DNA of 64,000 nucleotides from Clostridia bacterium. Its GTDB lineage: Bacteria > Bacillota > Clostridia > Christensenellales > CAG-1252. The translations under genes were made by a program, and so were the position numbers. The stretch spans positions 127,009-191,008 of the forward strand of contig JAFSWQ010000013.1 of assembly GCA_017444385.1 (NCBI GenBank), read 5' to 3'. The notes below the pieces were generated by a model. That model was not told the DNA's origin. It saw only the letters and a list, made by a program, of their open reading frames with translations, and did no database searches. Below are positions 52,462 to 62,498 of the stretch, in pieces; positions within the stretch are counted from its first letter, which is position 1, and each line of letters begins with the position of its first letter.

Positions 52462-53379
52462 ATGATATGTATTTATATTAGCGATGAAAAAATCAAATTG
52501 ATTGACGGCGAGCAACGCGGTAAAAAGACCGTCGTCAAAAACTGCTACGATATCAGCACGAAAGCGGGCTCGTTAGAGAGTGGCGCGATAAAAGATACCG
52601 TAGTGTTCACTCAAGCGCTTCAAGATTGCTTGCAGACCACGAATATCAAACCTACGAAAACTATTTATATGCTCGACAACAACAGAATAGTTTTCAGAGA
52701 AATGATAGTCCCCGACGTTCCCGACGCGAAGATAAAGAAGGTCATCGTCTCCGAGTTGTTCAGCGATAATAAATCGGCTAACAACACGATAGACTATATC
52801 GTTTTGGAAAAATTCAAAGACGAGAAGGTCAGTAAGTTGCGTATTATGGTAACTTACATAAACAACGAGATAATCGACAACCTTTCGGTTTCCGCCACCG
52901 AATTGGGGCTTACCCCCGTTTGTTTGGATATAGCCCCCAACACTATGGCGAAACTCATCGGGCAGTACGGCGACAGCGCGCAGGATAAAAAGTTGCTCGC
53001 AGGCTCTTTCTTGTTGCTCGACTTCAAGGATACTTTCATATCCATCTACGTATTCAAGGACTACGTTATGCAGTTCACCAAGAGTACGGTATTGTACGTA
53101 TCCGATCCCGACCACCCCGACCTCGACTACCTCGCGTCCGAGTTGTCCACACAGCTCGTCAGCACCGTGAGATTCTATTCCTCTCGTAACGAGGGCAATA
53201 AGATAGAAAAGGTGTTCGTCACGGGTAACGCTCTCGTTCTCGATAAGATAATGCAGGAATTGGCGGACGCGGTGAATATGGAAGTTTCGCACTTGCCTTT
53301 ACCGTCTTTCGTCAAAGGCGTCGAACTCATTGATTACAACGCGTTCAGTTGCGCGTTGGGCGCTTTTATAAGGAGGTAA
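52462..53379 (+). CDS. pilM: PilM-like actin-fold pilus assembly protein
   Basis: The position after pilC and N-terminal ICIYISDEKIKLIDGE...SGAIKDTVVF...IVPDVPDAKIKKVI match the PilM pattern. LDIAPNTM and LLLDFKDTFISIYVF are sugar-kinase/actin-fold phosphate motifs. Confidence 0.65.
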   Translation: MICIYISDEKIKLIDGEQRGKKTVVKNCYDISTKAGSLESGAIKDTVVFTQALQDCLQTTNIKPTKTIYMLDNNRIVFREMIVPDVPDAKIKKVIVSELFSDNKSANNTIDYIVLEKFKDEKVSKLRIMVTYINNEIIDNLSVSATELGLTPVCLDIAPNTMAKLIGQYGDSAQDKKLLAGSFLLLDFKDTFISIYVFKDYVMQFTKSTVLYVSDPDHPDLDYLASELSTQLVSTVRFYSSRNEGNKIEKVFVTGNALVLDKIMQELADAVNMEVSHLPLPSFVKGVELIDYNAFSCALGAFIRR

Positions 53380-53381
53380 TT

Positions 53382-54584
53382 ATGGCTGCTTACAAACGCG
53401 ATATTAACCTATTCAAAGCGGCGGGCGGCGGCGCCGTAAAAGGCAAAAAGATGCCGCTCACCAAAAAACTCCTTATCGTTATGGTCATAGTTACCATCGC
53501 GGTAGGCGCTGCTATCGGTATATTGATGTACCTCAACAACAAGCAAAACGCAAATCTCAAAAAACTTCAAGAGAAGAGCGAAGCGATGAAATATACCGAG
53601 GTCTATACCAAAACCGCATTGGAAGAGTATAACAGCGTTACCGTCAACAACAAGACGATGCAAGCCATCGAATACAACGACGAAAGCAAAAACTCGGCTA
53701 TAACCTTCCTTTCGGACGGCGAGATAGACGCGATAAAGGACTACTTCGACAACGGCGGAGTGTTCGAATACGATTATTCCTACTTCGACGGCATTATCGA
53801 CGAGCTTATCGACGTCGTGGGGCTTGCGCCTTACAAACTCGACGAGAATATAAGCGACTACGCTTCGGCGAGCAATAACCTCAAATACGTCTATTCCGCG
53901 CTCTGTTACATGAAAAACAACGCGTCGGCATTCTCGGTGCTTTACGGTCAGGACGGTGAGCATAACGACCTTTGGTATTGCTATTATAGAGGTCAGTTCG
54001 TTATGCTCTTAAAAGGCGGCTCGGATTCGGACGTCAACGCCGCTTTATCCGAACTTACCGACGGAGCTCACCTTATCGATCCCAACAGAGTGGACGACGG
54101 TTTCCTCTCTCCCTTTATGTCTATTCTCGAAAATGTTTCGGGTGCTACTTCGACTTTCAACCTCAACTGCGGATTTTCTTTCGACGTTGACGGCGAGAAC
54201 TATTCGGTAATGTGCATAACCCGTAAAAACGTCGCCGAACGTATAATACAATGTATCGAGAGAGCCACGACTATCGCGAAGGAAGCCGATCCGTTGCTCG
54301 AATCGGAATATCACATAATCAAATTCTACTATGAAGGCGTAAGCAACACCGTAAGATTCACGATCTCTATGACTCAAAGCGAACTCTTCGGCTTGGAAGA
54401 CGTATGTCAAGAGATAGAAACGAGCGCGTTTTTCGCCGCAAATCCCGATTTCGCATACGAAACCGAGGATACTTTGGGACCTATCGAAAGAGAGGTTGAA
54501 TTCGTAATATTGAGAACCCCCTTCGACCTTATGTACGACGAAGCGGTAAAACTCTTTGAAACGCAAGAGGAGGTAATGGAATAA
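53382..54584 (+). CDS. PilN-like bitopic protein with oversized (~340 aa) extracytoplasmic domain
   Basis: ATG 53382 follows AAGGAGG. The N-terminal DINLFKA (INLLP-like) is followed by TM LLIVMVIVTIAVGAAIGILMY. The gene sits after pilM. Confidence 0.5.
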   Translation: MAAYKRDINLFKAAGGGAVKGKKMPLTKKLLIVMVIVTIAVGAAIGILMYLNNKQNANLKKLQEKSEAMKYTEVYTKTALEEYNSVTVNNKTMQAIEYNDESKNSAITFLSDGEIDAIKDYFDNGGVFEYDYSYFDGIIDELIDVVGLAPYKLDENISDYASASNNLKYVYSALCYMKNNASAFSVLYGQDGEHNDLWYCYYRGQFVMLLKGGSDSDVNAALSELTDGAHLIDPNRVDDGFLSPFMSILENVSGATSTFNLNCGFSFDVDGENYSVMCITRKNVAERIIQCIERATTIAKEADPLLESEYHIIKFYYEGVSNTVRFTISMTQSELFGLEDVCQEIETSAFFAANPDFAYETEDTLGPIEREVEFVILRTPFDLMYDEAVKLFETQEEVME

Positions 54585-55438
54585 TGGAAAAAACGTTGAC
54601 CGCAAGAGATAAAGCCCTGTTATTGATATTGGGTATCATAGTAATTATTTTCGCGGGCGTTATGATCCCCGCCATCGGCGGCAAACCGATAGGTATTTAT
54701 TCGCAGATCACCGCCAGCCAGGACGTTAAGAAGAAGATAGTCACTCAAGAGAACGAGAACGAAGAAATGTTCACCAACCTCGTCGCAAGCGGATTGGATC
54801 CTCGCTTCGTCGAGAACGCGATAGGCGCGAGAAAAAGCCTGCAAAGCGACGTTTTGGCTCTCAAACACGAGATAACCAAGGTTTCTCAAACCGCCGACAA
54901 AGAGGGCGGCTATAAGACCGCGAAGAAGTGGATAGAACCCACCAAATACGATAATTTCGTTTTGGGCGGCGACGAGCTTCTCTCTAACTTCAAAGTCACC
55001 GGCAACGAAGACGGTTTCTCCGAGTACAGCTTGTCTATGGGCGATACCTATTTGTACGTTTATCGTTACGAAGGCGATTCTTCCTGCGAGGCTCCTCTCG
55101 AAAGATCCTATCTATTCGACACCGAAAACTATGACGACGCCGAGAGCTTTTCCCCCGTCGCGACCTTCGTCGTTTTGACCGCGCAAATGATAAGAAGAGG
55201 TTCGGTCATCGTAAAGGAATACGAATATAATCCTCTCGAAGAACACGCTTCGTCGACCGTTACCGTCCCCTTCGAAGTCTACGCTCCTTTGGTAGACGTT
55301 CATTACGATATTTGCGAATGTACCAACTGCGGAACGCCTTACTATAAGGCGGATTACGACGCGAATTCGGCGGACGCGGAAGAGCCGTTGACCTGCTCGA
55401 ATTGCGAAAGCGAACTCGACGGCGTAGTTATCGGCTGA
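54584..55438 (+). CDS. PilO-position bitopic protein with C-terminal CxxC...CxxC zinc ribbon
   Basis: TAATG overlap with the upstream gene. TM is ALLLILGIIVIIFAGVMIPAI. The C-terminal CECTNCG...(21 aa)...CSNCESE lies at 55313-55406. Confidence 0.4.
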   Translation: MEKTLTARDKALLLILGIIVIIFAGVMIPAIGGKPIGIYSQITASQDVKKKIVTQENENEEMFTNLVASGLDPRFVENAIGARKSLQSDVLALKHEITKVSQTADKEGGYKTAKKWIEPTKYDNFVLGGDELLSNFKVTGNEDGFSEYSLSMGDTYLYVYRYEGDSSCEAPLERSYLFDTENYDDAESFSPVATFVVLTAQMIRRGSVIVKEYEYNPLEEHASSTVTVPFEVYAPLVDVHYDICECTNCGTPYYKADYDANSADAEEPLTCSNCESELDGVVIG

Positions 55439-55580
55439 AAGTTAATCAATAATTAACGTATTTTATAAAAATAATAGTGAAAACCCCCGCCTTTTATGGT
55501 AAAATAATAATATAATTATTATTATTTTCAAAAAGGCAAAACAACCGAAGTACGATACTCGAACTCGCTCGAAAAGGGCT

Positions 55581-58500
55581 GTGAAGGATATGAAGAATAT
55601 AAACGTCGAAAAAATCGTTAAAAACGACAAGGGAGCGATACTCGTTTACACCTTGTTGACAATGATGGTGATCGCAATCGTTTGCGTATCTTTCACTATG
55701 CTCTCGATGAACGCATATAAAAACACTGCGATATCGGCGAGCAAAGAGCAATCCTTCTTGTACGCGAAATCGGTAGGTCAGGCTTTCGCGGTTCAACTCG
55801 TTAAGGACTACGAAGCGTCCAATATAATCGCGTATCTCGAAAAGAACACCGATAGGGCGAAAACCGTGCAAGGCACCGCTTCCATAAGATTCAATCACAA
55901 TATGAATTCCGAGAAGTACGGGAATCTTACCGATATCAACATAACCGCCGCGTCGGTCAAATTCTATTTTAAGATAACCTGCTTGAATTGCGGTAGAAGA
56001 CTTGAGGATCTCGACGAATCGGGCAAATGTCCTTATTGCGAAAAAACTCAAAAATCCGTTGACAATACCTACCTCTACGTTGACGTAGGCGTATCCTATA
56101 ACGGCGCGACCGAGATAGTTACCTCGGTATTTACTTACGTAGACAAGAACGATTTCGAACAAAATATGTACGACTTGTTCAGCGTTTACAACATCTATTC
56201 GACTATGCCGAGCAAGATGAGTTTCAATATCAATCCCTCGGTGAACGAACAGGCGGGCGCCACCGCTCCTAACGTCTACCTTTACAACGGTACGGATAGC
56301 ACGGGGTACAGCGACGAAGCTATCGTCTATTATCTCAAAACGAATATATCCGCTAACCTTACGAGTACGGGTAATATCACGGTCAGCACGGATAACAGCG
56401 TGAGCGATTTAAGGCGGGTAGGCGAAAGCGCGGATAATTATCTCACCTCTTACGGATCGGTCGTTTTAAGTAGAGTTCGGGCGTCCAACGTCATTTCGAG
56501 AGGTAGCGTTACGTTGCGTTCGAACAGCGTGGTGGATTACGATATCACGTCGAGAATGGAAGTATATATCACGGGTAGCGGCAAGGAAAACAGAAGCGCG
56601 AGAAATATATTTGCGCTCGGCGATATAGTCCTCAAAAACTGCGAAGTCCAGAACGTTTACGGCGCTGCTTCCTCTAACGTTAAACTCGAAAATTGCACCG
56701 TTAACGGTGAGATAGTTACGGGCGGCAGCGTAACGGTCGAGGGTAATTGTACTTTGGGTTCGGTCTCTGCCGGTAGAACTCTTACCGTTTACAATAAAGG
56801 CGGTAACAACGTTTTTAGGTCTCGTGTAGCCTGCGGCGAAGATATGAGGATATACTTTAATAACGCCTATTATTCGGAATTCAAAGGGGAAGTCCTCGTT
56901 TTGAAATCTCTTATCGCCAATTCTCCTAACAGCGACAGTAAAGCCGACGTGTTTAAAACCAACGTTTACGTTTCCGACTATATGCTTAAAGGGGTATCGG
57001 TAGACTTGACGAATATGGCGTTAAAAATAGAAGGTTTTCTTAGTATAATGTCGGGAAGAAACGGCGATGACGGCGGTAAGGTCACCGACTTAGGAGCGTT
57101 GCAGGCTAATAAAGTATGTATTGGTCAAAACGGAGTTTACGAAAAGATAAGCCCCTTGTTTGCGTGCAAGACTAATATAGATACTTTAATATGGATGCAA
57201 AAGGAAGCGGCATTTTACGCGAATACGGAAACCGAAATCGACGAAGAAAAGGAAGACAGTTACTTTATTGGCGGTTCGGAAGTGGAAAACAATCACTTGG
57301 GCAACTGCGTCAACTGTCGCGGCTCGGTATTCAAGGTACTTTATCTTAACAAAAACGGGGGCGAAGGCGGCGAACTCTATATGTGTAACGCCACTATCCT
57401 CAATACCGTCGTGTTCGATAAAGGTATTTTCTACGACGTCACGTTCGGTAACGGTTCGAACGACGTACGCGTGGTTGCGGACGATTTCGCAATATTCGGC
57501 TCGGGCGTCACTTTGACCTCGGGCGTTAAGGTGAGTGAGACTATAGGCGCGGGTTCCTCTCAAGGGAGCGGTAGTATAATAGATTCGGGCTTCGTATCCA
57601 TGCAAAAAGGTTCGACTCTCGATAGCGGCGCGCTTATTCAAACAGAAGGCGACTGCTATCTTAACGGTTTAGTAAAAGGCAAAATCGTAGTAGGCGACTC
57701 GAATAAAAACCACGCTAGTAAATTAAGAATAAAATCCCATTGTAAATTGCAAAACATCGAGAATGATCAGCATATTTACGTCAACGGTTCTCTTTACGTC
57801 GATAACGTTTTGAAATCGGAAAATGACGATAGATTACTAATCAAAGACGGCGTGGGCCCTACGATATATATGGACGGAAAGGAAAACGTCTATGGTGTGG
57901 AACTCACTGGCCCCGTTTACAATCTTTATTGCTTCAACTCCGGTGAAATAACGGTCAGGGAACCTTCGGAATCGATATTCGTAAAATCCCCATTCATTGC
58001 CGGCGCGTCAATTATATCGAAAGACTACGTAAAGATAGACAAGAACGGTCTTCCTCAAGATATACAAAGTCAAGGCTGTAAATTGACCGCTTCCAACTCC
58101 ATACTGTTCGTTGCCGAAGCGCCCCAAGGCTCTGTCAACGTCGGTGAATTGATGGTCGCGGGGACAGTCGTAATAAGAAAAGGCGTTTCTTTCAAATGTG
58201 ATTCAATGTACACGGGTAATATAATCGGTAACGCCGATATTGCCGCGACAGCGAACCCTCAACAGGTACGTGATTACGTAAACTCTAACAAAGAGAAAGC
58301 TACTACCGTCGCAAATCTTACTACCACTAGCGACTTTCAATTGGATTACGCCGGAAGTAAGGCAATTACTTTCAGTAACTGTAATATAAACGGTTGGTTC
58401 AGGGCGGCTAACGCGACCGCTACGATAACTTTCGATCATACCTTGGTCTGGGGTAAGAATTATCATAATTATCCGGACGATAAAGACACTCCCGCGATAG

Positions 58501-61500
58501 ACGAAAGTGAAAATAAGTCTACGGGTTGCGTGGTAGTAGGTAACAACCTTGTATTGAAGAACAATTCGGCTATCGGCGGCGATATGAGCAATAAGCAAAC
58601 TACTACTCAAAACCTTGGACACGTCGGTTGCAAAATTTTGGAAATAACCTCTTCGAGAATATGGGGTGACGTTAGCTGCGAATCTATCAAAACCTTTGCG
58701 GGCGGCGCGAAAATAAAAGGGAACGTAGTGATGACCGCAAGCGCCACAATAACCTGGGCTGATTGCGAAGTAACGACAGGTTCTGTTTTGGGCAAGAATA
58801 TTACTCTTACGTTAACGAAAGGCGTTTTGGGTAAAGACGGCGCAATGGCGGGAACGATAAACTCTTACACGACTGATAAGAGTTTTATCGCGCTTTCCGC
58901 GTTGAAATGTAACAGTGATAACGCATATATCGGAAACGACTATAACGTATTTCTTGATAAGACGAGTACGATAGGCTTTAAGAGTTTGTCCAACGTCAAC
59001 TTCTCCGCTACGACGGGAACGTTGACCTTAAGAAAAGCTTCCGGCGGAACTTCCACCCCCGTAATCAAAGGAGTTTTGTATTGCGCCGGTACTCTCGATT
59101 GTTTGACGGGCGTTTATCCTTGCGTGCAAAAAGGATTATATTGTAACAATTTGAGCGCGAATGCCGTCGATTTCTCAAATACCACTATTAATGGCAACGT
59201 TTATATTGTAAACTCAACGCGTGAAATAACGTTGAAAACAAACGGATATAACGTAAAAGCAACAAAATGCGTAGTAAATCTCAAAGAGGTTTCAAACGCC
59301 ACTAACTTTGAAGTGAAAGGTTTGAACGTAGACGTTTCGGGCGGTAGTATAGGGAAAATAAAATCCGAGGGTAAAGTCTCTATTATGAGTTCGGGTGCGC
59401 TGAGCGTAGAAGGAGAAGTTAGCGGCTCTATCGTTACTTGTAACGTCAATATAGGCAGTTCGAACGGAAAGAGTATAAGCCCTAACAATTACACCAATTA
59501 CTCTTCCGGACGTACGGTTACCTTTAAAAAATATATATCCGCCACTCTCTCTTGTTATTTTTACAAAGCCGAGGTAAAGGGTACGTTGTCCACAAAAGGC
59601 GGAGTTTACGCTAGCTCTACAAATTTCTATTCCGACGATTATCAGAGCAATATCTATCACTGCTATTATAATGGTAGCGGTCAAACCCCTGGCGGCTCTA
59701 TTCGTGCAACGTTAAACGGAAGCGCCGGTCTTTCCGAAGGTACTTACGCATTATATCTTACGTCTTGTAACGTTTATAGTAATATCTACGTTGCTTCGGG
59801 TACCAGAAAGAGTTACTTTAGTTCCTGTAATTTGGGCGAGACGATAGATACTAACGTAAGCAACGCAACCAAGTATTACTACTTCTCTAGCTCAGTAGAA
59901 CTTTCATACACAGAGGTAAAGGGTGTTAAACTCCTCGAAACTGCGTCTCCCTCTTGTAAAACCGTATTCGAAGTAGCAAACGGAAATTTGACCATAGATA
60001 GCGGATCGTATATAGGATATCATAATGGTAGCAATAAGACCGATCCTTTTAACGGTTCTAAGCGTCCCGATAAGCACACGGGCATAGACGGTTTGTACGT
60101 AGGCGGTACTATAGATAACTACGGTTGGATAACCGTTAACGTTCGTCGTTGCGTCAAGTTCAATAACTACTCTACGGGCGTAGTCGCATATCAAAAGAAA
60201 GAGAACCAACAGTGGAGCATTTGGGTATGGTACGTTCCGCCTATAGACGACGACTATGATTCCGATACTTGCTGCGGCGGCGTATTCTACGCAGGTTCGG
60301 TATCCAATAGCGGCTATATTAGTATGTCAGGCAATCAAAGATATAGAAAACAAGGCGGTTGGAGTACGAGTTACAGCGCTTGGTCTACGGATAATAAACA
60401 CTACGAATACGGTTCTGAAGGCACTATTTGTTCGCATAACGTCGATAACTATCATACTAGCAATTCGGGTTCGGCGTACAACTGCGGTAATAGGTTCACT
60501 TCCACTTCGTTACCCTCCGTATCTGCGGTAACTATTTCGCCTGCATTCCAAAACAAGCCGATTTCGGGTGGAAAGAGCGTCAAATTTGATTACGTGGGCG
60601 TGGGTATTTTGTCGAACGCTTCTTTGGGTGAGATGGAATTCTATAACACGTCGCTTGCGAATTACGCGACTCAATCGTTGAACGATCTCAACTCTTTGAA
60701 TAAAACCGTACCGACTAACGGCTTGGACGTAGCCGATACCCGCGGTTTGGAAGCAAAAGAGAGAATGAACGTCAGTAACCGCCGTTATTGGAAGCCTATG
60801 GCGATACCTCTCCGTTGGTATAAGCCCACCCAAACGACTGCGGGCGAAACGGTCAAACTCAACGAGCAGAGCGGCAACGTGTTGCAGGTTTCCGAACGTA
60901 ATTTAGCGTCATCATACGACAACCTCAGGAATGCGGTCAACGCATATAACAGCATAGTAGACTCTTTGTGGCCGCCGTGGGAATGGGGCGATATCCCCGG
61001 TCAATGGAATACGTTGAAGACTAACGTAACTGCATTCTTCCAAAATTTGAAATTCGCTTTCATGCCCTCCACTCAATATATAGGATTGAGCTTCAAAAAT
61101 CAAGACGACGGCGTGTACAGGCGTTTGAGCGCTTCTAATATTAATCAAGTAATGTCGGATAAAGGCAATAGCGATATACTGCTTATAACCCGTCGCGTTA
61201 TTATGGCTAAAGACACCATACCTCCCGACTGGTTTATAGACGGCTTATCCAAGATCAACATTTCTTGGCCGAGCGATTGGGTGCTTCCCGTTTCTTGGTC
61301 GTTCAATAAGCGTCCCGTAGCGGCGGTATTCTTCGAAAGCGGTATAGTGCCTCTCAATATGTTCCAGGGCACTACCTATCGCGAATATGCGTATGAAAGT
61401 ACCGAAAAGGACGCGTCCGGTCGTTGGTATTGGGGCGGCGGACAAGAAGGCGTTTGGTACGGCGGTCTGTCCTCCTCGTTAAGCGACGTCAACTGGGTGT

Positions 61501-62345
61501 TCTTCACTTGCGAAGATCCCAGAAATCCTTACACGAGTAAGGCAAAAGACCTACATATCATATTGCCCGAAAGCGTGGCGATGAACTGGACGAAGGATAA
61601 AAACAATTCGGTCAGCATAATCGGTAACGGCAGAGTCTTCCTCTACGTTCAATCGAATTCCAATATTAAAGTCGTCGGTAACGGTTTTACCAACTGGCTT
61701 TCGGACTCGGTATTCAATACGGGCAGCGGTTTGAGCAATTTGCTGAACAGCATAGTAGACTCTAATTACAACGTCTTCGGCGGTTACCGAAAAGTGCTTA
61801 CCGTGAAGAACGAATACGGCGAATACGTCACTTATTACGATAGTAACGGCAAACCTGTGCTTGACGAATCGGCGGAAGCGATAGTCAACGCCAATAAGTA
61901 CACCGATAAATACAAAGTGGAAAGACAACCTCGCTTGTATATAGTGGGTACGGGCGGCAATATCAATTTCGAAGTATGCGACTTCCAGACCGCGGCTTAC
62001 GTCTATATGCCTTCGGGCAACTCTTATTATACGGCGAAAGAAGGTCATGAAAACCGCTTTACCGTCAGTTCGGTCAAAAACCAAGGCGGCGATAATCGTT
62101 GGGATATTATAGGTATGTACGTCTGCGACGTATTCACAAACGAGAACAACACCGGCGCTTTGGTAAGATACATAAAGACCGCACCCGACCTTTCTACGAC
62201 GTCCTTCGCATACGGCAACAAGTTGCTTAACAAGACTCATAACGGCGGCGTGTATTCGTTATCCGAATTCTGGGATTACCCGCCCGACTTACCCGTTTCG
62301 AGTATGAACTGGTATTATAGAGGCGTCGCGTTGCAAAACTATTGA
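55581..62345 (+). CDS. giant (2,254 aa) PilX/ComGG-like minor-pilin-type protein with Zn ribbon and long beta-helix-like repeats
   Basis: The N-terminal KGAILVYTLLTMMVIAIVCVSFTMLSMNAYKN resembles a PilX_N hydrophobic helix. CLNCGRRLEDLDESGKCPYCEK lies at 55980-56039. Hundreds of residues follow of short G/N/V/S-rich repeats (..NCTVNGEIVTGGSVTVEGNCTLGSVSAG..). The start may be GTG 55581 or ATG 55590. Confidence 0.5.
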   Translation: MKDMKNINVEKIVKNDKGAILVYTLLTMMVIAIVCVSFTMLSMNAYKNTAISASKEQSFLYAKSVGQAFAVQLVKDYEASNIIAYLEKNTDRAKTVQGTASIRFNHNMNSEKYGNLTDINITAASVKFYFKITCLNCGRRLEDLDESGKCPYCEKTQKSVDNTYLYVDVGVSYNGATEIVTSVFTYVDKNDFEQNMYDLFSVYNIYSTMPSKMSFNINPSVNEQAGATAPNVYLYNGTDSTGYSDEAIVYYLKTNISANLTSTGNITVSTDNSVSDLRRVGESADNYLTSYGSVVLSRVRASNVISRGSVTLRSNSVVDYDITSRMEVYITGSGKENRSARNIFALGDIVLKNCEVQNVYGAASSNVKLENCTVNGEIVTGGSVTVEGNCTLGSVSAGRTLTVYNKGGNNVFRSRVACGEDMRIYFNNAYYSEFKGEVLVLKSLIANSPNSDSKADVFKTNVYVSDYMLKGVSVDLTNMALKIEGFLSIMSGRNGDDGGKVTDLGALQANKVCIGQNGVYEKISPLFACKTNIDTLIWMQKEAAFYANTETEIDEEKEDSYFIGGSEVENNHLGNCVNCRGSVFKVLYLNKNGGEGGELYMCNATILNTVVFDKGIFYDVTFGNGSNDVRVVADDFAIFGSGVTLTSGVKVSETIGAGSSQGSGSIIDSGFVSMQKGSTLDSGALIQTEGDCYLNGLVKGKIVVGDSNKNHASKLRIKSHCKLQNIENDQHIYVNGSLYVDNVLKSENDDRLLIKDGVGPTIYMDGKENVYGVELTGPVYNLYCFNSGEITVREPSESIFVKSPFIAGASIISKDYVKIDKNGLPQDIQSQGCKLTASNSILFVAEAPQGSVNVGELMVAGTVVIRKGVSFKCDSMYTGNIIGNADIAATANPQQVRDYVNSNKEKATTVANLTTTSDFQLDYAGSKAITFSNCNINGWFRAANATATITFDHTLVWGKNYHNYPDDKDTPAIDESENKSTGCVVVGNNLVLKNNSAIGGDMSNKQTTTQNLGHVGCKILEITSSRIWGDVSCESIKTFAGGAKIKGNVVMTASATITWADCEVTTGSVLGKNITLTLTKGVLGKDGAMAGTINSYTTDKSFIALSALKCNSDNAYIGNDYNVFLDKTSTIGFKSLSNVNFSATTGTLTLRKASGGTSTPVIKGVLYCAGTLDCLTGVYPCVQKGLYCNNLSANAVDFSNTTINGNVYIVNSTREITLKTNGYNVKATKCVVNLKEVSNATNFEVKGLNVDVSGGSIGKIKSEGKVSIMSSGALSVEGEVSGSIVTCNVNIGSSNGKSISPNNYTNYSSGRTVTFKKYISATLSCYFYKAEVKGTLSTKGGVYASSTNFYSDDYQSNIYHCYYNGSGQTPGGSIRATLNGSAGLSEGTYALYLTSCNVYSNIYVASGTRKSYFSSCNLGETIDTNVSNATKYYYFSSSVELSYTEVKGVKLLETASPSCKTVFEVANGNLTIDSGSYIGYHNGSNKTDPFNGSKRPDKHTGIDGLYVGGTIDNYGWITVNVRRCVKFNNYSTGVVAYQKKENQQWSIWVWYVPPIDDDYDSDTCCGGVFYAGSVSNSGYISMSGNQRYRKQGGWSTSYSAWSTDNKHYEYGSEGTICSHNVDNYHTSNSGSAYNCGNRFTSTSLPSVSAVTISPAFQNKPISGGKSVKFDYVGVGILSNASLGEMEFYNTSLANYATQSLNDLNSLNKTVPTNGLDVADTRGLEAKERMNVSNRRYWKPMAIPLRWYKPTQTTAGETVKLNEQSGNVLQVSERNLASSYDNLRNAVNAYNSIVDSLWPPWEWGDIPGQWNTLKTNVTAFFQNLKFAFMPSTQYIGLSFKNQDDGVYRRLSASNINQVMSDKGNSDILLITRRVIMAKDTIPPDWFIDGLSKINISWPSDWVLPVSWSFNKRPVAAVFFESGIVPLNMFQGTTYREYAYESTEKDASGRWYWGGGQEGVWYGGLSSSLSDVNWVFFTCEDPRNPYTSKAKDLHIILPESVAMNWTKDKNNSVSIIGNGRVFLYVQSNSNIKVVGNGFTNWLSDSVFNTGSGLSNLLNSIVDSNYNVFGGYRKVLTVKNEYGEYVTYYDSNGKPVLDESAEAIVNANKYTDKYKVERQPRLYIVGTGGNINFEVCDFQTAAYVYMPSGNSYYTAKEGHENRFTVSSVKNQGGDNRWDIIGMYVCDVFTNENNTGALVRYIKTAPDLSTTSFAYGNKLLNKTHNGGVYSLSEFWDYPPDLPVSSMNWYYRGVALQNY

Positions 62346-62498
62346 TAAACTTCGGTTAGAGGCGATATCGGCAGGTAAGCCTTTCGTCGAACGAAGAAAC
62401 TAAAAACCAAGTCTATCGCGGTCAAACGCTCGTTTAGCCGCGAAAGGACTAATAAGTAAATAGAGGCTTAACGTAGCAAAACAAAGAGGTGAGACTAA

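Noticed and set aside
431-53381. The upstream starts given by the ORF track (431, 14106 and 53349).
   Set aside because: In each case a downstream ATG (446, 14118, 53382) sits 5-8 nt after a strong GGAGG or AAGGAGG and yields a typical N-terminus (signal peptide, PepF start, PilN-like start). The track starts overlap the SD itself or the preceding gene.
1994-62240. Other antisense ORFs opposite motif-bearing + strand genes (1994-2971, 6613-7410, 7435-8448, 9586-10065, 13320-13823, 14694-15215, 17533-18561, 51600-52433, 52573-53292, 53409-54605, 55494-56162, 61551-62240).
   Set aside because: Each is fully overlapped by a + strand gene with clear family motifs, an SD and operon coupling. Their compositions are low-complexity or hydrophobic nonsense and they show the same antisense-frame artefact.
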